From the NCBI GenBank assembly GCA_951406725.2, contig OX597822.1, forward strand, positions 115,444,001 to 115,508,000: a DNA stretch of 64,000 bases. Reading direction: 5' to 3'. The translations under genes were made by a program, and so were the position numbers. Every line of letters begins with the position of its first letter. The stretch's first letter is position 1. The notes under the pieces were generated by a model. It was given only the letters and a program-made list of their open reading frames with translations. It was not told where the DNA came from and ran no database searches. This document shows positions 40,190 through 53,933 of the stretch, one piece after another. This DNA comes from Octopus vulgaris (lineage: Eukaryota).

Positions 40190-40227
40190 TCTTTAACGTT
40201 TCGAGCCTACGCTCTTCAACAGAAAGA
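40190..40227 (-). ncRNA. Minimal hammerhead-like motif (A6 to U change)
   Basis: Reverse strand UCUUU-CUGUUGA-A-GAGC guag GCUC-GAAA-CG-UU-AAAGA, in a short element (about 40095-40302) inside a (GATA)n tract. Confidence 0.5.
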
Positions 40228-40407
40228 TACACAGAGAGAAAAAAAACACAGAAAGAAGGAGAGAAAAAAATGCGTGCAGTAGCTAACGAATCAACATGGC
40301 GAGATAGATAGATAGATAGACAGACAAACAGACTGACAGATAGAAATACATACATACATACATAGACAGACAGACACAGACAGACAGATAGATAGATAGA
40401 GAGATAA

Positions 40408-40447
<40 letters not shown>

Positions 40448-41019
40448 GTGCGCACATACATATATGCATGTAACATTTTGAAAATGAAGATCCCGATTTG
40501 TATTGTGTATACAAATTATGTAAATGTGAGACAATCAAAGAATAAATTATTGTCTACCTTCCATATTTCTTGAATCGATTATTTTTCCAAAATGATTTTT
40601 AAATGAGAAATTTTAATAACTACAGTGTTTGCCGACATAATGTGTATATATAGTCGTCTAGGAGAGATGAGTTAAAAAATGTTTGCGTTGTGCGAGAGAG
40701 TGATAACGGATTACTGTACGGCAGAGAGAAAGAGAATTCTGTTGAAGAGAAAGTAATTCAAGGGAAATTAGAGGAGAAACCGACAACGTTTCTGTATATC
40801 CCGCTAACACTCTTACTCTGTTAACATTTCATCACAACTATCAGTGTTATAACATTTGTTTGTTTCGTCGTTCTGTTTCGTGGTAATTTAGTTAACCCCA
40901 AAGGGATCTGGACCGAGCTCTAGTCTTTATGCATGATTCTTGAATGATTTTGGATTCGTGTGCAAATTCTAAAAAAAAAAAAACCGTTGTGAAACGTCGA
41001 CGCTCAAATACATATATTG

Positions 41020-41182
<163 letters not shown>

Positions 41183-41323
41183 TTATGTACATTTGTGTGC
41201 CCTCTCACGTTCATAGATATAAGCTTAGATATAAAATACATATACATATACGCGTGGAAGCGTATATATTTGTGTGCGTTTGCAAGTCTAGATATACGCA
41301 TAAATATAAAATACATATATGCA

Positions 41324-41380
<57 letters not shown>

Positions 41381-41418
41381 ATATATATATATACATATAT
41401 ATATACATACATATATAT

Positions 41419-41461
<43 letters not shown>

Positions 41462-41603
41462 TACATATACATAAATATTCATGCATTCATATATATACAT
41501 ATACATACATATAAATATATATGAATATATGTGTATGTATTTGTATGTATGTCTGTATGTATGTATATGCTTTTTCAATAACACGCACATAAATAACTCA
41601 TAT

Positions 41604-41659
<56 letters not shown>

Positions 41660-41750
41660 TATGGGGAACAGCTTTTTTCTGTAGCATACGAGTACATACG
41701 TCTATGTACAAATATGTACATATATTCCCACATGTACACATACGCTCGAA

Positions 41751-41788
<38 letters not shown>

Positions 41789-44255
41789 CTCAAACATGAA
41801 CCAACACTGCACATGTAATTTAGTTGGACGCTAAATTTTATTTCTTCCATTTGTAATTTTAATTGCTTTGTTTCTTTGATCTTTGCCGCATATGGTTATA
41901 ATAAACTATTTGGCAATTCGCAAGCTGGTGGTGGAGGTAAGAGGGTAGTAACAGTGGTTGTGGTCGTACCGGTATGACTGTCAACTCGTTGCAGCAGCCG
42001 TGCTAGTTTAGTTATTAATGTTAGTGGTGATGGTGGTGCTGGTAGTGGTACTGGTAGTGGTTTTGGTGGTGGTTGTCGTTGTAGTCATGGTGGTGGTGAT
42101 GGTGGTGGTAGTGGTGGTGGTGGTGGTGGTGGTGCTACTGATGATGATGAGGAGGAGGAGGAGGAGAGTGCTGATGATGGTCGTGTTGACGGTGATGGTA
42201 GTATTAGAGGTGTAGTGGCGGCGATGGTGGTGGTGGTGGTGGTAATTATACTGATAATTGTAATAGTAAAACCGATAGAGAGGTAGTAATAGTGATGATG
42301 ATGGTAGTGGTGGCGGCGGAGGTGTCGGCGATAGAAATTGTTGGTAATTTTTAAAGAATTACGACTTTGTGCAGACGTTAAATAATGGTTGCATTGTATA
42401 GTGAAACTAGTTGACCATGAGTACGCGATGTTCCGCCAGATGTGACACTGACGCGTGATCGAAGGCGTTTTCACCGTGACCCTCCCGTTTTCTATCTTTC
42501 AGTGTATTATTCAATGTCCCTTTCATTTTTTCTTTGTTTGTTTATATATTTATCTCACCTGCCGGGCTTAATTTGTGTCGTAATTCTTATTGAGGATCAA
42601 TATGGATCAGTTATGGATCAAACAACAGAAGATGGTCATGTGGTCAAGGAATACAGAACTAGGAGGAGAGCTAGACCCTGGACAAGTGTCACACAGGCCG
42701 AGCGGTATTGGCATGCCCTGATGTCACGTGAATCAGCCCCTCTTTTTAAAGGTTAAATGAAGTCTTGTGTCTCATGAGGAAGCTCGGGAGAGCTTAGAAT
42801 AAAGAGTAATGAAACCAACCGGCAAAAAGGGAACAGGCAAAAAGGGAACCGCCGCTGTTTTTTGCCCTAAAGAAAAATATCGATCTCCACACTTTGTCAA
42901 AGCACAAGGTTGCGTGTAGAGAAGGTGGGGTCTGGCGGTCCAAGATCGTTAATGCTTCTTGAACCTCAAAGATTTTTTGCACTCCATTCCATCTCTACTT
43001 GTGTCTTATATAATCTTTCTACTATAAGAGCAAGGTGTGAAAGGTTCTGGGAGGGACTAGTCGATTACATCAATTCCAGTGCTTGACTGGCACTTATCAA
43101 CCCCGAAAGGATAAAAGGGAAAGTTAACTTCGGCGGAACTTGAACTCAGAACGTAAATACAAACGAAGTGCCACAAAGACATTTTGTCCGTCGCGGTAAC
43201 GTTTCTGCCAGCTCATCACCTTATTAGTGTATTTTGTAATGTCCTTTCTACTATAGGCTCCAGGCCTGAAATCTGGAGGAGGGTTAGGGTTAAATCAATT
43301 CCAGTGCGTAACTGGTACTTAATTTATCGACCCCGAAAGGATGAAAGGTAAAGTCGATTTCTGCGGAATTTGAACTCAGAATGCCGCCTTCAACTGTAAA
43401 TATATCAACGGGATGAAAGGCGATATGAACCGTATCGGGATTTGAACTCAGAACCATTGTTCTCACCAACTTTTTTATTTTCCTGTGGCTGTATGCAGAA
43501 ATTAAGTTTGTTTATGTGCAAATTTCCTCCTTCTTTGCTGAATACGTCCGCATATATTAGAATACCCATCGCTCAAAGTTCTTCAATTATAAAAAATCTC
43601 CGATTTCAACTTGAGAACCTTGTGAGCGCGCTTTGTTTTTTTAATTATTTATATATTTATTTTGTTTTTGCTTCTCGTTTGTTTTTGTGTTTTTGTTATT
43701 ATCGTTTTTCTTTTCGTTTTTCTTTTCGAGCTATGAAACATATGCGCGCTTGTGCGTGCGCACAGCTTAAACGTAACACCGCTTAGAACGCAAAACATTA
43801 AAAGAAAAAAACAATGTAATTAGATTTCTGAAGGCATTTTGTTCGGAAACACATTTGCTCGGCATTGCATTTGGTTTGGTAATGCATTTGGTCCGGTAAG
43901 CGCAAGACTAAATACGAAGCATTTACTCCGGCAAGAGAGATTCCTGGCAAAGCATCTATTCTGGACCTGGTACTTGCCAGTTTCTGCCATTTTAGACCAG
44001 TCTTCCATCATCTAAGAATTTTTAAAATCCTCTTCCTGGATGCACAATCTTATATGGTTGCTGTAACTGGACGGTTTACGTCCAAATTGTATTACGTGTG
44101 CGTCACTTGTTTATAGCTAAGTGAGAGAGGCTACACTGGACTATTTGAAAGCTCCCCCCCTCTCTCTCTCACACACACACTCTCTCCCTCTCTTTTTCTC
44201 TCTCTCTCTTCATATATATCTATATATACATATATATAGAGAGAGAGAGGGAGGG

Positions 44256-44301
<46 letters not shown>

Positions 44302-45172
44302 GTTTCTTTATAAGACACACAGGGCTGCACACAGATGGGACAAATTACAAGGTAGAGCTTTTCTTTTGTGGGATTAAATAAAATTTTTATAAAACCCAGA
44401 AGAAACAAAAAAAAAGTGGCGTAGGTTTTCGATCAAAAGGGATCGTAAAAGGGGAGAAAAGGAAAAAAAAGAAAAGAAAAGAAAGGAAAAAAAAGGAAAA
44501 GAAAAATAAAGGAAGAAAAAAGAGGAAAAAAGGGGGAGAGGAAAAAAAACGAAGATAGATGGATAGATATACAATTGCAGTGTGGTAGGCGTTTATAAGC
44601 CATTTAATTTGCCAAAATATTTTAAATTTAAATGTTGAAGTGAATCTAACGGTTTTTGTATGTTTCTTAGATGGCTTATAAACACCTTCCACGCTGCAAT
44701 TGTTTTCATTCCAGCATACGATCTCAGATCAGGTCACTTACTAGGCAAGTACATATTTATATATATATATATATATATCTGACATCCACACACACACACA
44801 CACGCGCGTTCTCTCTGGGTAAAAATAAATCAAACAAGTATAGCCACGGATGGAACGTCTCTGATCCCAGATGTGCTCAAAAAACACCGACGATCAAAGA
44901 CAGTCATCTAACAAGCGAAAAAAAATAAATAACAAACATTCTTTATCCACGACGTCCTAAAGCCGACAGACAGTGACGTGATCAGAGAGACATTTCAGCT
45001 GTTGTTTCTAGCAGGATGAAGACTAGGTCGAGGCACTCACGTCGCCTGGTCAAATTGTCTCTCGTTAAAGCAGCTGTTGCTAGAAATCAATTAGCAAACA
45101 CCATTGTAAACCGTCTGTCAACTGCTGTGACCTCTTAATGTCTCCACAAGTGTGACTTGGTCGGTGACGGCA

Positions 45173-45207
<35 letters not shown>

Positions 45208-45499
45208 TACAACAGCCCACCCGCAACAAGGTACACTTAGCTTATATCTGGGTATCTGAAGTCGGCTTTATGGATATGATTTATGTATCGTGTAGGTGGT
45301 GGTGGTGGTGGTGGTGGTGGTGGTGGTTGTGGATTTGGTGGTTTCGGGCGGCAGTCGGGGGAGTAGTGAAGAGGAAGAAATATGGAGGAGGAGGAGGAGG
45401 GGAGGAGAGGGTGGGTTCATTGGCAATATCGCTCCTGCTCGGAATATTTGCCTTTCCTCCTTTTCCTTGTGTGTGTCTGCAAGTGCTCATGGAATCACG

Positions 45500-45659
45500 C
45501 ACACACACACACACATATACACACACAGACACATACACACACACATACATACATGCATACATACATACATACAAACATACATACATACATACATACACAC
45601 ATACACACACACATACATACATACATACATACACACATACATACGCACATACATACATA

Positions 45660-45690
<31 letters not shown>

Positions 45691-45835
45691 CATACATACA
45701 CACACACATACATACATGCATACATACATACATACACACATACATACACACATACATACATACATACACACATACATACATACATACACACACACATACA
45801 TACATACACACATACATACATACATACATACACAC

Positions 45836-45871
<36 letters not shown>

Positions 45872-46473
45872 ACATACATACACACACATACATACATACA
45901 TACATACATACATACATACATACACACACATACATACATACATACATACATACACACATACATACATACATACATACATACATACATACATACATACATA
46001 CATACATACATACATACACACATACATACACACATACATACACACATACATACACACATACACACATACATACATACATACACACACACATACATACATA
46101 CATACATACATACATACACACATACACACACACATACATACACACACACATACATACATACATACATACATACATACATACATACATACATACACACATA
46201 CATACATATACATACATACATAATACATACATACATACATACATACATACATACATACATACACACATACATATACATACATACATACACACACATACAC
46301 ACACACATACATACACACACACATACATACATACACACATACATACATACATACATACATACATACATACATACATACATACATACACACACATACACAC
46401 ACACACACATACACACACATACACACACACACACACATACACACACACATACATACATACATACATACATACA

Positions 46474-46509
<36 letters not shown>

Positions 46510-46510
46510 T
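45500..46510. repeat. About 1 kb (CATA)n/(CA)n compound microsatellite
   Basis: Directly visible; source of the 300-450 aa low-complexity ORFs. Confidence 0.98.
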
Positions 46511-46640
46511 ACAGATATATGTATGTGTATATGGGTGTGTGAGTGTGTGCGTGTGTACACATGAAGAGGGTAATGAACACTAAAAGAAAACAGAGGAGAG
46601 ACAAACAAGTTTTAACAAATGTATTACTTTTATGCTTGAC

Positions 46641-46693
<53 letters not shown>

Positions 46694-47544
46694 TGTATGT
46701 ATAGGTACATACACACATATATATATACACACACACGCATGGAGGTATGCGTGTATATATGTGTGTGTGTCTGTGTACATATATATGTAAGTAGACATGT
46801 ATATGTGTATGTACGTATGTATATATGTATGTGCGTATGTATGTAACACTCCCGCTGACACACACTCCAATATAAGTGTATCCTCTTCTCTTACTGGTTT
46901 CTATTTTGCTCGACTGCCGCCATGTTGGAGCACCTCCATGAAGTAATTTTTTATTGTTGAAAATTGATCCCTGGAAATCGATATCTGACGGATTTTAATG
47001 CCAGTTGATAGCCTCTGAGCGTAATCTCGTATATTTGACCATCATGGTTTTCCAGTTAAGAAGATGTACAGGTTTTCTCTGATGTTATTATATAATTGCC
47101 TTTTATATTTCATATTTATTTAGGTAGGCAGTTAGCCATCTAGGGCCCTGTCAATTTTGGTTTGCTGCGATAGAATGTCCTTGCTAGCGATTGGAAAAGG
47201 GGGTTATCTGAAATCTAGCAATAACTACATTTCGGGCATCACCGTTTTCAATGGTGCCGAAACTTGGGGAAAAGATTTTCCAGGGTCTTTCAAATATAAA
47301 CAGAAATACTTCACTTTGTCTCTCTCTTGTTTTTTTCTACCTTTTTCTTTCTTTCACTTTCCTTCTCTCTTCCTCTTTCCTTCTCTCTCCTCTATTTCTT
47401 TCAAGGGAATAAAGATTCAGATCTTTGTGACGTTTCCAGCAATTAAAGATTTTAACTGAAGTTGTTTTACTGGCGGACGTGTGTGTGTGTGAGTGAGAGA
47501 GAGAGAGAGGGGGGGGGACGAGTGTGTGTGTGAGTCAATACACT

Positions 47545-47925
47545 GGTTCCTGCGTTCCTGCTACTTTTAGAATCCAGTCTGGAAGTCGCTTTCCGTGCGT
47601 CGAGGACCTTTTGCAATTCGCTCTGGATCTCGACAACGGTGTTAAAACAGCAACCATTGAGCTGCCTTTTCATCTTGGGGAAGAGAGGAAAGTCCGCAGG
47701 TGCCAAATCTGGTGAATAGGACAGGTGCGGAAGCGATACCATGTTGTTTTGGGGGGAGCAACTCACGAGTGAGGAGAGTTTGGTGAAGAATCTAATTCTT
47801 CGCATTCCACAGATCCGGTCCCTTTTCGCCGAATGTCTTCCCTAAAACACTTCAAAACGTCGCAGTAAAACTCTCGATTGACGGTCTGGCCTTGGAAGAC
47901 GAATTTTCGATGCACAACACCCTAT
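47545..47925 (-). pseudogene. Mariner transposase catalytic-domain fragment
   Basis: PHLSYSPDLAPADFPLFPKMKRQL (YSPDLAPxD), with GQTVNREFYCDVLK upstream. Confidence 0.85.
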
Positions 47926-48179
47926 TGGCGGTGGTGGCGCTCGTGGCGGGTCTTCCAGGTCGTTCATTGTCTTCCAGGGACGTTCTTGCGTACTACCCAA
48001 TCTTTGTCCTCGGAATAATTCATTAGATTAATTGAAAATACCTGTGATTTTATGTCAGATAGTGTGAAGAATAATAATATTAGTAGCCTTAGCAACATAC
48101 CTTGAAGTACAGGTGACAGAGTACAGTTAGCAGGACCTGTGTCTGAACGTGTCAAAGTGCTGTCATCTGCCTGTTGGCT

Positions 48180-48928
48180 CTCCTCCTGCAACTCAACTTG
48201 ATTTCGAGTCGGGTCGTCTGCTGCAGGAGAGGACCGATCAGGAAAAGGACCTGGGTATCTTGGTGGATTCCTCCTTTTCGCCTTCGGCCCAGTGCGTCCA
48301 TGCTGCCAACTAAGCACGCGGAATTCTGTTCTTGATTCGACGGTCATTCGGAATGCTCACAGCAGCCATATTCCTACCACTCTATGTCACGCTGGTGAGA
48401 CCCATATTGGAGTATGGGATTCAAACCTCTTCTTCTTATCTCCTCAAAGACATACAGCATCTCGAAAGAGTCCAGAAGCTGGCTACCCGCATGATTCATG
48501 GTCTCAAAAATTTGTCCTATGAAGAAAGGCTGAGGACGCTCGACCTTTATTCTCTTGAAAAACGCCGCCGCCGTGGCGATCTCATTCTCGCCCACAACAT
48601 CATAAGCGGAAAGTGTAACCTCTCGAAAGAGCTGTTCTTCACTCCTGCTCCAGAGCGTCGGCTGCGGGGTCATTCCGAAAAGCTCTACCTGCGACGATTT
48701 CATCTCAATCGAAGGAGAGGAGCTTTCTCCGTCCGGGTTGCGGATCCGTGGAACAAGCTGCCAGACGAGATGGTGAAGATGCCGACGACCGCTTTGTTCA
48801 AAGCCTCCCTGGACCTCAAGTGGCCTGAACTCTTTACATGAGCACCACCCTGTACTTAACTCCATGTCCCCCTACATGGCCTTGCTATTTGCTTTTGAGC
48901 CAAATTAACTAACTAACTAACTAACTAA
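48180..48928 (+). mobile_element. CR1-group LINE 3' end with (CTAA)n tail
   Basis: EKDLGILVD, LYVTLVRPILEYG, LERVQKLATRMI, LSYEERLRTLDLYSLEKRRRRGDLI, RVADPWNKLP. Short UTR, then taactaactaactaac. Confidence 0.92.
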
Positions 48929-48929
48929 A

Positions 48930-49830
48930 TTTATCTGGATGTTTGGTGACAACAAATCTCCTCAAATCTCAAGAATCTTCCTCGGGGTTCTTGTAGAATA
49001 TTGGATGATACTTTTCAGCAGGTTGACAAAGCAAGTTTTAATTGCAGTATTTCTTTTTAGTGCTTTAGGTACCATGCTAAGTATTCCAATTTCCACAGAA
49101 ATACTTATTGTCTTAGTCTTCCCCAGTCTCCTCAGCTCTCTAGCTAGATCCTGATGTTTCTCAGTAGCTTCCATTTCTCTAGTATCGATTCTGCTCTAAT
49201 AGGATATTGCAAAGTCTATGAGCTTACATTTTTGTATTTTGTCCTCTATAGCCATGTCTGGTCTTCTTGCCTCAATAGTAAGGTCAGTCTCTGTGGCGAA
49301 GTCTCACAAGTCCTAGTAATTCTCATTTTCTATCACAGCTTCTAGTTCGTGTTCATATCACTTTTCTGTTGTTTTAGAAAGCACACTCAGCAATCACCCC
49401 AATGGACACCTTTTGTGCTAGTATACTGCACTCACTTAAAGGGTGATTTATACATTTGTCTCCTTTCCTGCAGGATCTATATTTGCTGACTGAGTTCTGT
49501 TTATCTTTGCCTTTGTTCTTAGGGTTTATTCTTGAGAAACTCTAATTAGCGTTTTTGTTTCTCATTTCAAGTTCCTGTTTGTCAACTAGAGCCAGTGTTC
49601 TTTAGTTCCAACATTGTCAGTTTGATGTATGAATTAGCCACGTATTTCCATTTCTTTCCATTTGTTTGTTCTGTTGTTCTTTTTCTTTTACAATTCTCCT
49701 ACGGTTTCAGTTACTTTTTAGGTATCTCTGACTAACGATAATATTCTTCCTTTACTCAGTGTCTTCTGTGTTTAGTAATCCTCTGTCACCTTCCTTTCTT
49801 GATAGGTCGTCTATCGGTATTACTCTTATG
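48930..49830 (-). mobile_element. Decayed R4/Dong-like (RLE) non-LTR fragment
   Basis: EKHQDLARELRRLGKTKTISISVEIGILSMVPKAL parallels the RLE C-terminus at 50112-50360. Confidence 0.55.
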
Positions 49831-49939
49831 GTGGTGTGGTTTTCGGGGTCAATAAAATAAGTACCAGTTGAGTTCTGGGATCAATGAAATCAACTATCCC
49901 CCTCTCCAAATTTCAGGCCTTCTGCCTATAGAAGAAAGG

Positions 49940-50013
<74 letters not shown>

Positions 50014-50017
<4 letters not shown>

Positions 50018-50360
50018 TAGTTTTATTTTTATAGCGTGCTTTCACTTCACTACCGAGCGCAGCTCTGTGTGCCTTGGGTATGTGCTGTGATTTGGTGTGA
50101 TGCTCTAATGGTTATTGTATGGAAAGTGTTCTGCGTAGGATGTGTACAGTGCCTAGCAGTGCAATTTTCTGCATGTTATATGTGTTTGTAAGTCCTGGTG
50201 TTTTTGTTATGTATTTGTCTGAATATTTTTTTATCATGCCTAATGCACCTACTATGATAGGAATTGTTTCTGGTTTTAGATTCCACATTCTGGTTACCTC
50301 TATTTCCAGGTCTTTGTATTTTGAAAGTTTCTCCATTTCTTTTAGAGACACGTTGTTTAT
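50014..50360 (-). mobile_element. R4/Dong-like non-LTR 3' end (restriction-like endonuclease C-terminus) in (TAA)n
   Basis: KEMEKLSKYKDLEIEVTRMW..IPIIVGALGMI..MQKIALLGTVHILRRTL, flanked by (ATT)n on both sides. Dong elements are known to target TAA repeats. Confidence 0.85.
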
Positions 50361-50435
50361 TATTATTACTATTATTATTATTATCATTATTATTATTATT
50401 ATTATTATCATTGTTGTTGTTGTTGTTATTATTAA

Positions 50436-50474
<39 letters not shown>

Positions 50475-50488
50475 CATTGTTGTTGTTG

Positions 50489-50522
<34 letters not shown>

Positions 50523-50633
50523 AAGCGGCGAGCTAGCAGAATCGTTAGCACGCTGGGCAAAATGCTTAGCGGCATTTCCTCCGTCTTTACGCTTTGAGGT
50601 CAAATTCCGACAACGACGATTTTGTCTTTCATC

Positions 50634-50797
50634 CACTAGCGTAGCCAGAGTGTGTCCCGTCCGAGGCGGCCCTTCTATTTGCCGCCCCGGACCCTGAATC
50701 CCACAAAAAACATATACTGCCTACAGCAGACCCAAAAGTGGTGCCCTTTTAAAAGTGCCGCCCGGGGCGCTCTGCCTCCTCCCCAGATACGCTAGTG
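50634..50797. mobile_element. hAT-type MITE (164 bp) inserted in a family B SINE
   Basis: TIR cactagcgta / tacgctagtg; 8-bp TSD ctttcatc at 50626-50633 and 50798-50805. Confidence 0.9.
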
Positions 50798-51650
50798 CTT
50801 TCATCACCAGTTGAGCAATGGGATCGATGTAATTGACTTACCGCCTTACCCGAAAGTGCTGGCCTTGTGCCAAAATTCGAAACCATTATTATTGCTGTTG
50901 TTGTTGTTGTTGTTGCTACTGCGTTGATCAATAATAGTAGAGATGGACGGAACGTGTCTAAGAATCCTCTTTAGTCTTGTGTTCAGACGACGGGATGTCT
51001 TGAATCCTTATGAGAACCTTGTTGTATACACCCTGACGACTGCCATGAAGCTTCTTCATTAGTTCACGTTTCAGCTTCTATACAAAAGAATGTTCGCTAA
51101 ATAAGTTCAAGAAAAACAACTCTCGTTCATTTCGAAATACTTGATTGCCAGATGTTTTGGATCTTGTTACGGCCACTCCAGGCGTTGCTTGTCAGGAAGT
51201 CTTTCTTATTCACAGCACTATTGGACCAAACGTACTTGAAGTCGTTGCTCTCCTTGAGTTGTTTACCATTGTTGCAGCAAATTGGCAGGTGGCTTTCAGC
51301 TTCTATAATGGCCATATATTATTTAGACATTTTTGTATTGAGAAAAGATATGTGCATGAGCGTATGAGTGTATATAACATACACTTGATAAGAGGTTTTC
51401 TCCCCAACCACATGGTTCTGGGTTCAGTCCCACGACATGGCGCCTTGGGCACGTGTCTTCTACTATAGCTCCAGGTTGACCAAAACCTTGTGAGTGCATT
51501 TCGTAGATGGAAACCAAAAGCCTGTAGCATATGTGTGTATGTGTGTGTGTGTATGTGTCTATAAACATGGACAACATGTGATCTCTTGAGCACCACCAGC
51601 TCAAATATTTTTTCCTCTGTCTTCCCTTCTTGGGATCTTTCCTTCTCCTT

Positions 51651-51685
51651 GTTTCCGACGAAGAGTTCCGTTCGAAACGTTAAAC
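51651..51685 (+). ncRNA. Minimal hammerhead-like motif (U4 to C change)
   Basis: GUUU-CCGACGA-A-GAGU ucc GUUC-GAAA-CG-UU-AAAC; same layout as 40190-40227. Confidence 0.45.
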
Positions 51686-51789
51686 CCTCCTTCCCTTCTT
51701 TCCTGATCGTCAATAATACTTTAATTGTTCCACGTCCTGCGTTGCTGTGTTTTTTTCTCTTTTTTTCTGTGTTTTCTTGTTTGGATTAA

Positions 51790-51824
<35 letters not shown>

Positions 51825-52242
51825 TTCCTTTTTGTATCTGGTTTGCAAGATTCTTTACGTGAATTCGTGTGTTGAAACAAATTTTGTTGTGTCAAGGGAG
51901 AGTCATCATATCAATATAATTAACACACACACACACACACTGGTTTAATCCCAAGACCGAGAAGATTGCAATGATTCGGATATTTAATAAATGAGTGGAA
52001 TTGAATTGGTGTGTGTTAATTATATCGGCATAATGACTCTCCCTAGACATAAAAAATACGTGTGTGTGTGTATGTGCTCACGCGCATGTGTTAGTATGTG
52101 CACATGCGTGAGAGAGACGACAGTATTCCTATACATATTCGTATACGTATGTATTAGTGTGTATGCAGCAAGCATATCTATGTATGTAAATGTAACTATA
52201 CCAATGACTAAGTATCACCTATACGTGTGTGCGCGCGTGTGT

Positions 52243-52286
<44 letters not shown>

Positions 52287-52689
52287 GAGGGAGTATCTCT
52301 ACTTCCTGCATGTGTCTATGAAAGCACGTGAAGGTATGTCGTTTTCACGCCAAATAAACCCATTGAAAAGGAACAAGAGTCTGTTCAGAAGCAGAGACGT
52401 TCGACACAACAATAAGCGTACATCCAACAAAGAACAGCTTGAAAGGTTCTGTCAGTCCGTTTCAGCGTTCATTGACTGCTTATTGTTGACAACGACTCTA
52501 TTATAGCACAGTCGACTAACGTCTAAAATGGAGTGTAACAACGGCAACATGCTTAGACGCTATTAATACAGTTTAAAAATACCCAGAACAATACCTGCAT
52601 ATGTATAAATACCTATCTACATATCTACGAAAGTATGAATATATACATACATAAATAAGTGTGTGAGTATACACAAACACACACACACA

Positions 52690-52728
<39 letters not shown>

Positions 52729-52787
52729 TTTACTAAACAAAAGTACTCTGTCAAGTGAGAGATAAATATCAATTAATGTTCACTAAG

Positions 52788-52893
52788 AGCTACTAATAGT
52801 ACATTTTTTTTATTATTATTAAGTCACGTGGTTAGGCATGTTACAAATTCCTGCCTATCCACGTGTCTTAATGACAAGAAACTATTAGTAGCT
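52788..52893. repeat. Imperfect hairpin in a TA-flanked element
   Basis: agctactaatagt..taagtcacgtggttaggca inverted with tgcctatccacgtgtctta..actattagtagct. Confidence 0.8.
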
Positions 52894-52924
52894 TATATAT
52901 ATATATATGTGTGTGTGTGTGTAT

Positions 52925-53155
52925 TTCCTTATTGTCCACAGAGGAGCTAAACATAGGGGAGACAAGCAAGGACAGACAAACGGGTAAAGTCGATTACATC
53001 GACCCCAGTGCGTAACTGGTACTTGTTTAATCGACACCGAAAGGACGATAAGCAAAGTCGACCTCGGCGGAATTTGAACTCGGAACGTAACGGCATACGA
53101 AACACGGCTACGTATTTCGCCCGGCGTGTTAACGTTTCTGCCAGCTTGCCGCCTT
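52925..53155 (-). mobile_element. SINE family B, near full length
   Basis: ccacagaggagctaaac...tcgaccccagtgcgtaactggtac...cggaatttgaactc...ctgccagcttgccgcc. Confidence 0.85.
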
Positions 53156-53263
53156 TATGTATATATATATAGGTGTGTAGAAGTTTGAAAAGGAACACAC
53201 GAGTTGATATATATGGAAAAAAAAGTCAAGGTAGAAAATGCTAAAATAATTTTATAAAAATAC

Positions 53264-53308
53264 ACTTCGGTACCGGTTTCAGTCATTGAGACTTTTTCAA
53301 CTGTAAGT
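53264..53308 (-). ncRNA. Hammerhead-like motif with U3-A8 core variant
   Basis: Reverse strand ACUUACAG-UUGAAAA-AGUC ucaau GACU-GAAA-CCGG-UA-CCGAAGU. Perfect stem II, palindromic stem III, GUA triplet, stem I with one mismatch and one bulge. Confidence 0.6.
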
Positions 53309-53601
53309 ATGGAAAACAATTAAATTTTGGAAAAGTTAACAGAAAAGTTTTTTAAAAGAATATTTGCATAGTATTCAAATACAAGTGGCATTTTCCTTGT
53401 TTCTGCCTGTCTCTGTCTCCCTTGTTTACACTTATGGGTACGAGGACGTTCTGAATACTTGGTGGGGAAGAAGAAGAAGAAGAAGAAGAAGAAGAAGAAG
53501 AAGAAGAAGAAGAAGAAGAAGAAGGACGAGAACGTAACACCCGTGATGGTCGAGGTGATTACTATGTGTGTGTGTGTGTGTGTTACACACACACATACAC
53601 A

Positions 53602-53834
53602 CAGTTACCACCTCGACTATTACGGGTGTTACGTTCCAAAACCCCCGCGATAGGTGAAAATCCGTGAAGTAGAAACAGTAATGTAATGTATATCTTTTAT
53701 AATTATTTTTATATTTGCATATTTTTATTTTATTATAGATGCAAAACAATTCCACAGAGGAGTCGATGTAAGCTTAAATAATAAACCGCGAGAGATGAAC
53801 CGCGATAGGTGAACCTCGATGTGCCGTGGGATTA

Positions 53835-53837
<3 letters not shown>
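53602..53837. mobile_element. Tigger/pogo-like MITE
   Basis: CAGT..ACTG|TA termini with imperfect TIRs and repeated ccgcgataggtgaa motif. An extra inverted copy of the left end sits at about 53530-53566. Confidence 0.65.
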
Positions 53838-53873
<36 letters not shown>

Positions 53874-53894
53874 GTGTGTGTGTGTGTGTGTGTG

Positions 53895-53933
<39 letters not shown>

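Noticed and set aside
42442-42756. 104-aa ORF as possible exon
   Set aside because: RTRRRARPWT resembles a decayed RTE-type LINE C-terminus (GxRRRGRP), and there is no splice support.
45270-46865. Long ORFs of 300-450 aa (also 16271-17268 and many YIYI/CVCV ORFs)
   Set aside because: They are translations of (CATA)n, (TA)n and (TG)n microsatellites that lack stop codons.
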